A stretch of DNA of 64,000 nucleotides, from contig PWJC01000018.1 of assembly GCA_003560165.1 (NCBI GenBank), forward strand, positions 1,987 through 65,986. The letters run 5' to 3'. The position numbers and the translations under genes are program-made. The stretch is from Bacteroidales bacterium (GTDB lineage Bacteria > Bacteroidota > Bacteroidia > Bacteroidales > UBA7960). Under the pieces are notes generated by a model that worked only from the letters and a program-made list of their open reading frames with translations, searched no databases and was not told the DNA's origin. Each line of letters opens with the position of its first letter. The stretch's first letter is position 1. Of this stretch, positions 56,951 through 64,000 are shown one piece after another.

Positions 56951-58309
56951 ATGTCCTTATCAGGAAATGAAAGCCGGGATGGCTTCAGTAGCCGGTTTGG
57001 TATTATTTGCGCCACAGCCGGCTCGGCAATCGGACTGGGCAACATCTGGCGCTTCCCATACATTGTCGGAGAAAGTGGGGGAGGCGCCTTTTTATTGATA
57101 TACCTAGCATTTATCCTCTTGCTGGGTATTCCTGTCATGCTTTCCGAATTCACCATTGGCCGTCGCGGGCAGCGCAACGCCCTGGGCTCTTTCAAACGGC
57201 TTGCCCCCCGAAAGCCCTGGTACCTTGTCGGCGTAATGGGCATTGTGGCCGCCTTCATGATACTCGCCTTTTACAGCACGATTGCAGGATGGACCCTCGA
57301 ATACGTGAGCAAGGCGTTGACCAACGCCTTTGCAGGCAAATCGCCCGAAGAGATCAACCTGATGTTTGTGAACTTCCATACCGGTACTTTCTGGCCGTTG
57401 CTCTGGCAGTTCGCATTTATGGCCATGACTGCCTGGATCATTTTGTCGGGAGTGCAGAAGGGCATCGAAAAATACGCCAAGGTGCTGATGCCTTTCCTGG
57501 TGGTGCTGCTGGTGATCATGGCCCTGAGAGCCATTACCCTGCCTGGCTCGGGCGAGGGCTTGAGTTTTTTGTTCAGACCCAATTTTGCGGCCATTGACTC
57601 GGGGGTCGTGCTGGCAGCCCTGGGGCAGGCATTCTTTTCTCTCAGTATCGGTATGGGAACCCTGATCACCTATGGTTCCTACATCAGGAAAGAAAACAAC
57701 CTCGGAAATATCTCCGTCGAAGTTTCCCTTGCCGACACCCTGATCGCCATATTGGCCGGTGTGGCCATTTTCCCTGCCGTGTTTGCCTTTGGCCTGGATC
57801 CGGCCGACGGTCCCGGGCTCATTTTTACGGTATTGCCGAATATCTTTCAGCAGATGCCCGGCGGGTACTTCTTTGCCATCGTCTTTTTCGTGCTGCTTAC
57901 CATTGCTGCCCTTACCTCGTCGATCAGCATCCTCGAGGTTGTGGTTGCTTACATGACCGAAGAACTGAAACTGTCCAGGCGCAAGGCCACCATCATGGCG
58001 GCTATGGCAGCTGCCTTTGTTGGGGTTTTTTGCACCCTTTCCTTTGGCCTCTTGCAAGATGTGACCATCAGCGGCCTCCATGTGTTCGGACTGCTCGATT
58101 TTACCGCTTCCAACCTCTTGTTGCCCCTGGGTGGTCTGCTGATTGTGCTCTTCGTTGGCTGGTACCTCAGCAGCAGTGTTGTGCGGGATGAAATATCCAG
58201 CGGAGGGATGTTCAAAGCCAGGTTTTTTGCCGTTTTGATGTTCGTTTTGAAATTCATTGCCCCGGTGGCTATTGCCATCGTTCTTTTTGATAGTTTGGGA
58301 ATTATTTAA
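56951..58309 (+). CDS. Neurotransmitter:sodium symporter (NSS/SNF) family transporter
   Basis: The N-terminus carries RDGFSSRFGIICATAGSAIGLGNIWRFPYIVGESGGGAFLLIYL, the hallmark NSS TM1 motif. Confidence 0.9.
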   Translation: MSLSGNESRDGFSSRFGIICATAGSAIGLGNIWRFPYIVGESGGGAFLLIYLAFILLLGIPVMLSEFTIGRRGQRNALGSFKRLAPRKPWYLVGVMGIVAAFMILAFYSTIAGWTLEYVSKALTNAFAGKSPEEINLMFVNFHTGTFWPLLWQFAFMAMTAWIILSGVQKGIEKYAKVLMPFLVVLLVIMALRAITLPGSGEGLSFLFRPNFAAIDSGVVLAALGQAFFSLSIGMGTLITYGSYIRKENNLGNISVEVSLADTLIAILAGVAIFPAVFAFGLDPADGPGLIFTVLPNIFQQMPGGYFFAIVFFVLLTIAALTSSISILEVVVAYMTEELKLSRRKATIMAAMAAAFVGVFCTLSFGLLQDVTISGLHVFGLLDFTASNLLLPLGGLLIVLFVGWYLSSSVVRDEISSGGMFKARFFAVLMFVLKFIAPVAIAIVLFDSLGII

Positions 58310-58320
58310 ATTGTTGTCCT

Positions 58321-59775
58321 ATGTTGGAATCGACGCATCAGATCATTGCCGGGACCGGGGTGATCGCCTCCGGACTCGGATCACCCATCCTGGAGACCAT
58401 TAACGATATAATATCCTGGTACAATGGATTTGTCGGGGGGTACCTTCTGCTGATACTGTTGGTGCCTACAGGCATCTATTTTGCTTTTCAGTTCAGGTTC
58501 CTGCATGTCCGAAAATTCTGGCATTCCTTTGCCATTCTCGCCGGCCGTTACACCAAAAAGGGCGAATCGGGCGATGTAAACCACTTCAAGGCACTGACCA
58601 CTGCCCTGTCGGCTACTGTGGGTACTGGTAATATTGTCGGTGTGGCGCTGGCCATTCACTGGGGTGGGCCGGGGGCCATCTTCTGGATGTGGGTGACCGG
58701 GTTCTTCGGCATGATGCTGAAGATGGTCGAATGTACCCTGGGTCTTAAATACAGACGCTTTAATCCCGACGGCACCGTATCGGGAGGGCCGATGTACTAT
58801 ATGGAGGAGGGTTTGAAGCACATCCTGGGCAGGCATGCAAAGACCCTGGCAGTGATTTTTGCCGCAGCTGCCGTTCTGTGTTCCATGGGAACAGGCAATA
58901 TGGCCCAAAGCAACTCCATGACAGATGTGCTGAACACCACCTACAATATTCCCACCTGGGCCAGCGGATTGGTGATTACCGTTCTGGTGCTGCTGATCAT
59001 CGTGGGTGGGCTGAAGCGGATCGCCGAGGTGACCTCCCGCCTTGTACCCTTCATGGCCCTGGTCTATTTTTTTGCGGCCGTTACCGTGGTGGTAGTGAAC
59101 ATTGAGAACCTCCTTCCGGCATTTGGCATGATCGTAACTGACGCATTTACCGGCACGGCTGCTGCAGGAGGATTTGCAGGGTCGGCCTTTATACTGACCC
59201 TGACCATGGGGGTGCGGCGGGGGCTGTTTTCCAACGAGGCCGGGCAGGGTTCGGCGGCCATGGCACATGCTGCCGCCAAAACAGAATACCCCATGCGCGA
59301 AGGCCTGGTGGCCAGCCTGGAGCCCTTTATCGATACCCTGTTTATCTGTACACTAACCGCCATAGTGATCATCATGACCGGTGCCTGGCAGTCGGGCATT
59401 GAAGGTGTAGGGATGACGGTCGAGGCCTTTGGCCTGGGGCTGGATAAGATCAGCCTCGGATATATCGCCCCGCATATCATTTCCCTGGGCTTGCTTTTGT
59501 TCGCGTTTTCCACCATTATTTCCTGGTCGTATTACGGTACCCGGGCGGCCCAATACCTTTTCGGCTTCCGGGCCATCAAGCCCTACTATTATGTATATGC
59601 CCTGTTCGTATTCCTGGGTTCCATCTGGGGGCTGGAACTGGTTTGGAACTTTGTCGACATGGTGATTACCTTTATGACCATACCGAACCTGATTGCCATT
59701 ATCCTGCTGATGCCCGTGATGCGCAAGGAGATCAGGAATTATTTCAGCAATCCTGATTACGATAAGCGGGTCTGA
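58321..59775 (+). CDS. Alanine/glycine:cation symporter (AGCS) family transporter
   Basis: GDVNHFKALTTALSATVGTGNIVGVALAI.WGGPGAIFWMW and FSNEAGQGSAAMAHAAAKT are characteristic AGCS motifs. Confidence 0.9.
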   Translation: MLESTHQIIAGTGVIASGLGSPILETINDIISWYNGFVGGYLLLILLVPTGIYFAFQFRFLHVRKFWHSFAILAGRYTKKGESGDVNHFKALTTALSATVGTGNIVGVALAIHWGGPGAIFWMWVTGFFGMMLKMVECTLGLKYRRFNPDGTVSGGPMYYMEEGLKHILGRHAKTLAVIFAAAAVLCSMGTGNMAQSNSMTDVLNTTYNIPTWASGLVITVLVLLIIVGGLKRIAEVTSRLVPFMALVYFFAAVTVVVVNIENLLPAFGMIVTDAFTGTAAAGGFAGSAFILTLTMGVRRGLFSNEAGQGSAAMAHAAAKTEYPMREGLVASLEPFIDTLFICTLTAIVIIMTGAWQSGIEGVGMTVEAFGLGLDKISLGYIAPHIISLGLLLFAFSTIISWSYYGTRAAQYLFGFRAIKPYYYVYALFVFLGSIWGLELVWNFVDMVITFMTIPNLIAIILLMPVMRKEIRNYFSNPDYDKRV

Positions 59776-59866
59776 GTGGTTTATTGTCCCGGCACGGTTT
59801 TTGAAATGAAGGCAATAAACCGGCCTGAAAGCCAGTTAACTATACAGCGCAGAAAAACCCAATTTA

Positions 59867-61375
59867 TTGATCAGGCTTAAGTTCTCCTTATTATGTTGCC
59901 TGTGTCTTTGGGCTATCGGGGCCCATGCACAGGACGACCGGACTCCCATCGGCTGGGAAGCCCGGACTGCCGAATTTGACCGCCGCATCGGCGACAATGT
60001 CAGGCGGCTGATCGGCGATGTGGTATTCACCCACGAAGATACCCGGATGTACTGCGACAGCGCCTACCATTATACGGCGCTGAACAGCTTGCGGGCCTAT
60101 GGCAACATTCATATTCAAGTCAGCGATACGGTAAACATATACGGTGATGAACTGTTCTACAACGGCGATACCCGCCTTGCCGAACTCTCCGGAAGGGTGC
60201 GGATGCGTGACCCTCAAATGACCCTCTATACCGAATTTCTCGAATACGACCTTGACCGGAACACAGCCAATTACCCGGATGGGGGCCGCATTGTGGATGC
60301 CGACAACGAACTCACCAGCCGCTGGGGCTTTTATTTTGCCGATCAAAAGGAGTTTTTCTTCAAAGACGATGTGGTATTGGTGAACCCCGAATACACCATG
60401 GAATCCGATACCCTGAAATACAATACCGTTACCGAAACCGCTTATTTCTTCGGTCCCACCACCATCCTGAGCGATGAAAACATCATTTTTTGCCGGAACG
60501 GCTGGTACGATACCCGCAACGATATTGCCAGGTTTAGCCGTGATGCCCATTTTTCGAATAACGAACAGTCGCTCACCGGCGATTCGATATTCTACGACCG
60601 CAACAGGGGATACGGACGTGCAGAGAACAACGTGATGCTGCGCGACAGTGTTGAGCAGGTCATTATTACCGGAGAATTTGCGGAACATTTCGAAAGAGAA
60701 GGCCTGTCGGTGGTTACCCGCAGGGCCATGCTCACTCAGGTAGCCGAAAATGACTCCTTGTTTCTGCATGCCGACACCCTGAAATCGGTCTATGACAAAG
60801 ACAGGGACGAGAGACGGTTTCTTGCCTACCGCCATGTACGTTTCTACCGCAGTGATCTTCAGGGTCTGGCCGATTCCGTGCTCTACAACATGGCCGACTC
60901 GACCATCTACTTATTCCACGACCCGGTGTTGTGGTCGGACAATTATCAGTTGACGGCCAGCAAAATCGAGGTAAAGACCAGTGGCGACCAGGTGGAACAG
61001 CTGCGGCTGCTGGATGCGGCCTTCATCGTAATGCAGGAAGACACCCTGGGTTTCAATCAAATGAAAGGCAGGCTGATGACAGGCCACTTCCGCGACAACG
61101 AGCTGTGGCGCATTGATGTGGAGGGGAACGGAGAATCTATTTTCTATATCATTGACAACGACGGCCAGCTGGTGGGCATCAACAAGGCGGTATCCTCAGA
61201 TATTGTTATCTTTATAGATGGCGCCGAACTTACCGGCATCCAATTTGTGCGCAACCCCGACGCCGCCCTGTACCCCCCTGACGAACTGCCCCCGGACGAT
61301 CGGAAATTGAGGAATTTTCGATGGATGGATCACCGCAGGCCGATTGATAAATGGGATATTTTCGTGTGGCGTTGA
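59867..61375 (+). CDS. OstA/LptD-N-like domain protein (exported)
   Basis: A signal peptide (LLCCLCLWAIGAHA) is followed by repeated OstA-like beta-jellyroll strands (LIGDVVFTHEDTRMYCDSAYHY...AYGNIHIQ...). The only in-frame start before the signal peptide is TTG at 59867, so the start is uncertain. Confidence 0.65.
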   Translation: MIRLKFSLLCCLCLWAIGAHAQDDRTPIGWEARTAEFDRRIGDNVRRLIGDVVFTHEDTRMYCDSAYHYTALNSLRAYGNIHIQVSDTVNIYGDELFYNGDTRLAELSGRVRMRDPQMTLYTEFLEYDLDRNTANYPDGGRIVDADNELTSRWGFYFADQKEFFFKDDVVLVNPEYTMESDTLKYNTVTETAYFFGPTTILSDENIIFCRNGWYDTRNDIARFSRDAHFSNNEQSLTGDSIFYDRNRGYGRAENNVMLRDSVEQVIITGEFAEHFEREGLSVVTRRAMLTQVAENDSLFLHADTLKSVYDKDRDERRFLAYRHVRFYRSDLQGLADSVLYNMADSTIYLFHDPVLWSDNYQLTASKIEVKTSGDQVEQLRLLDAAFIVMQEDTLGFNQMKGRLMTGHFRDNELWRIDVEGNGESIFYIIDNDGQLVGINKAVSSDIVIFIDGAELTGIQFVRNPDAALYPPDELPPDDRKLRNFRWMDHRRPIDKWDIFVWR

Positions 61376-61399
61376 CCCGACAGGCTAATTTCATCGAAC

Positions 61400-62668
61400 A
61401 TGGTATCTTACGAAAAGCATAGTCTTCCCAACGGTCTCCGCATACTGGTACACCGCGACGACACAACCCCCATGGCGGCTGTGAATATATTGTACAACGT
61501 GGGAGCCAGGGATGAAGATCCTGAACGTACCGGTTTTGCCCACCTGTTTGAGCACCTGATGTTTGAGGGTTCTAAGAACATACCCGATTACGATCGTCGC
61601 CTTCAGCATGCGGGTGGAGAGAACAATGCCTTCACCACCAACGACATCACGAACTATTACCTCAGCCTGCCGGCGCAGAACCTGGAGGTGGCTTTCTGGC
61701 TCGAATCGGACAGAATGCTGGGCCTGGCGTTTTCTGAGGAAAAATTAGCTACCCAGAAGAACGTGGTGGTCGAAGAATTCAGGCAATCTTTTTTGAACCA
61801 ACCCTATGGAGATGCCGGGTTGCTTCTGCGTCCGCTGGCCTATGAGATACATCCCTACCGTTGGCCGACCATTGGCAAAGACATCAGCCATATCCAGGAG
61901 GCCACCCTGGAGGAGGTCAGGCAGTTCTTTCATGCCCATTACCATCCGGGCAACGCCATTTTAAGCGTTAGTGGCAATGTGATTCCGGAGGAAGTATTCC
62001 GTTTGGCCGGCAAATGGTTTGGAGAACTTCCCGGCCGGAAGACCCCTCAGCGCAAACTGCCCGCCGAGCCCCTGCAGCGGAAGCAAAAACGACTGGTTGT
62101 GCAAAGGGAAGTGCCCCAGCACCAGCTAATCATGTCGTTCCATACCTGCAGCAGGTTGCATCCCGATTTTCATGCCACCGACCTGTTGAGCGATGTGTTG
62201 GCAAACGGCGATTCGTCAAGGCTGATCCGCAAACTGGTCAATCATAAAAAATATTTCAGTGAGGCAAATGCCTATGTTACAGGCAGCCTCGATCCCGGGC
62301 AATTGGTAATCTCCGCCAGGCTGCATAAGGGGGTGGATCCCGTTCATGCCGAGGAAATCCTTTGGAAAGAGCTAGCCCTGCTTGCCGGTGAACCCCTGGG
62401 TGAAAGGGAACTGGAGAAGGTGAAAAACAAGGTCGAGACCACCCATACCTTCTCTGAAAGCAATCACCTGGCCAAGGCCATGAACCTGGCCTATTATGAA
62501 CTGATGGGCGAGGCAGGGTTATTGAACCTCCAGATGGAAAAATATGCCAGGGTAAGCCCGGAGAGGCTTCAGAAGGTGGCGGCCGGCATCTTTACCGAAA
62601 AGAATGCTTCGGTCCTTCATTACGAAAAAGCCAACGGAATCAAAGGGAAAGAAATAATCCAGGAATGA
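61400..62668 (+). CDS. M16 family (pitrilysin/insulinase-like) zinc peptidase, catalytic subunit
   Basis: The inverted zinc motif HxxEH is present in GFAHLFEHLMFEGS. Length is 422 aa. Confidence 0.85.
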   Translation: MVSYEKHSLPNGLRILVHRDDTTPMAAVNILYNVGARDEDPERTGFAHLFEHLMFEGSKNIPDYDRRLQHAGGENNAFTTNDITNYYLSLPAQNLEVAFWLESDRMLGLAFSEEKLATQKNVVVEEFRQSFLNQPYGDAGLLLRPLAYEIHPYRWPTIGKDISHIQEATLEEVRQFFHAHYHPGNAILSVSGNVIPEEVFRLAGKWFGELPGRKTPQRKLPAEPLQRKQKRLVVQREVPQHQLIMSFHTCSRLHPDFHATDLLSDVLANGDSSRLIRKLVNHKKYFSEANAYVTGSLDPGQLVISARLHKGVDPVHAEEILWKELALLAGEPLGERELEKVKNKVETTHTFSESNHLAKAMNLAYYELMGEAGLLNLQMEKYARVSPERLQKVAAGIFTEKNASVLHYEKANGIKGKEIIQE

Positions 62669-62669
62669 T

Positions 62670-63947
62670 ATGACAGACCGCAGCACCCCCCCCGCCATCC
62701 GGCTTACCGATAGCATCCCGTTTATCCGGCCGCAGAGCCACCTTCTCGACAACGGACTGACTGTCTGCTTCCTCGAGGGGGGGAGCGAAGACATCATGAA
62801 GATCGAACTGGTTTTTTTGTCGGGCAGTTATCATCAGAACGACCCCCTGGTGGCTTTTGCCACCACCAAATTGCTGGGGGCCGGTACAGTGAAAATGAGC
62901 CAGGAGCAGATCAGCGAGATGCTCGATTACCATGGCGCCTCCCTGCAGCTCAACCCCCAGAAAGACATTGTGTCGGTCGGGATCCATCTGCTTGGCAAAC
63001 ACCTGAGGCCGTTGCTGGGACTGTTGCAGGAAATTTTGCTTCAGCCCTTATTCCCTGCTGAAGAGTTGCAAACCTTTCTGAAAAATCAGCAACAGATCCA
63101 CATCATCAATCAGAAAAAGGTTCAGCACCTGGCCATGACCATCTTTAACGAGCTCATCTATGGTGAGGCCCATCCTTATGGGTACCGGGTAAAAACCGAA
63201 GACTTTGAGGGGATGGAAAGAGAATCCCTGCTGCAATTCCATCGCAATTGGTTCCGTCCTGCCAATGCTTTCTGCATTGTTTCCGGACACCTGCCCGCCA
63301 ATACCGGCAAATTGCTGGAGTCCTGCCTTGGGTCGGGTAGCTGGGGTGCATCCGAAGTGGCCTCGCCACCTGTTTACCCCCTGATCTCCCCCGGCAGCCG
63401 GAAGGTATTCCTGGAAGTACCCGGCTCCCTGCAGTCGGCCATACGTATCGGCAAACAGCTCTTCAATCGGACCCATCCGGCCTATCACCGGCTCAAGATC
63501 GCCAACGCCATGCTCGGAGGGTATTTTGGGTCGCGGCTGATGCAGAACATACGCCAGGACAAAGGCTTTACCTATGGCATCGGCTCCAACCTGGTTTCGT
63601 TGTTGCGCAATGGTTATTTTTTCATTTCCACCCAGGTTGGTACCGGGGTCCGGCAGGCCGCAACCAATGAGATCTACAAAGAACTGCATGGCTTGCGGAC
63701 CCGGCCTGCTTCGCATTCCGAACTGGATACCCTGAGGAACTATCTGTCGGCCAATTTCCTCCGTTCGTTCGACGGGCCGTTCGCACAAAGCGAGCGACTC
63801 AAGGAACGCCTGGTGTTCGGGCTTGATTTTGCACACGATGAAGCCTATATAAAGGAATTGCTGTCCGTAACCCCCGAACAACTCATGGAGGTGGCCGGCA
63901 ATTACCTGCACGAAGACGGGATGATGGAGGTGGTGGTGGGAAAGTAG
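62670..63947 (+). CDS. M16 family peptidase, non-catalytic partner (no HxxEH)
   Basis: It has M16-like length and C-terminal domain pattern, and begins 1 nt after the upstream M16 stop. The zinc motif is absent. The TAG stop lies inside the first unit of the downstream heptamer array. Confidence 0.75.
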   Translation: MTDRSTPPAIRLTDSIPFIRPQSHLLDNGLTVCFLEGGSEDIMKIELVFLSGSYHQNDPLVAFATTKLLGAGTVKMSQEQISEMLDYHGASLQLNPQKDIVSVGIHLLGKHLRPLLGLLQEILLQPLFPAEELQTFLKNQQQIHIINQKKVQHLAMTIFNELIYGEAHPYGYRVKTEDFEGMERESLLQFHRNWFRPANAFCIVSGHLPANTGKLLESCLGSGSWGASEVASPPVYPLISPGSRKVFLEVPGSLQSAIRIGKQLFNRTHPAYHRLKIANAMLGGYFGSRLMQNIRQDKGFTYGIGSNLVSLLRNGYFFISTQVGTGVRQAATNEIYKELHGLRTRPASHSELDTLRNYLSANFLRSFDGPFAQSERLKERLVFGLDFAHDEAYIKELLSVTPEQLMEVAGNYLHEDGMMEVVVGK

Positions 63948-64000
63948 AAGGTAGAAGGTAGAAGGTGGAAGGTAGAAGGTAGAAGGTAGAAGGTAGAAGG
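63944..64000. repeat. Tandem heptanucleotide array (GTAGAAG)x8, one GTGGAAG variant, truncated by window end
   Basis: The array reads gtagaag gtagaag gtagaag gtggaag gtagaag gtagaag gtagaag gtagaag g. The M16 stop codon TAG (63945-63947) is part of unit 1. Confidence 0.9.

Noticed and set aside
63944-64000. The heptamer arrays (also at 28832-28852 and 52408-52449) as CRISPR arrays or coding repeats
   Set aside because: - The units are 7 nt, contiguous and spacer-free.
- The period is not a multiple of three, and stop codons occur in the units.
- No cas genes are present.

Overview
This 64-kb window is a contiguous chromosomal segment, almost certainly from a member of the Bacteroidota. Supporting signs are T9SS C-terminal sorting domains, TAnnTTTG -7 promoter boxes upstream of many genes, a Rho with a large N-terminal insertion, and several Bacteroidota-specific DUF families. 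All family calls come from motifs I recognise by eye; no searches were run.

Gene density is high, with about 45 protein genes. I saw no rRNA, tRNA, CRISPR array, transposase, integrase or phage genes.

Most genes are housekeeping:
- copA-like P-type ATPase, rho, lon, rpsA, ligA, L31, pcm, and a TrmH-family methyltransferase
- serC, serA and a DUF1015 gene
- rocD, proline dehydrogenase and superoxide dismutase
- a pair of M16 peptidases
- several Na+-coupled transporters

Non-routine content:
1. An orphan radical SAM/SPASM enzyme sits 6 nt downstream of an unannotated 36-codon Cys-containing sORF and downstream of an ArsM-like methyltransferase. This is a candidate RiPP-type cassette.
2. Three tandem paralogous ~800-aa secreted proteins combine MG2/alpha-2-macroglobulin-like N-terminal repeats with a C-terminal TonB-plug-like module and no barrel.
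3. A cobalamin riboswitch controls a btuB-like receptor operon. Its accessory proteins include a DUF4465 protein and an unknown-domain protein that both carry T9SS sorting domains.
4. Single in-frame stop codons interrupt otherwise intact lon (TAG) and abgT (TAA).
5. A dispersed family of GA-rich 7-nt-periodic (GAAGGTA)n intergenic tracts is present. One overlaps a stop codon and runs off the window end.
6. Both Rho and ribosomal protein S1 carry K/E/P-rich low-complexity extensions.
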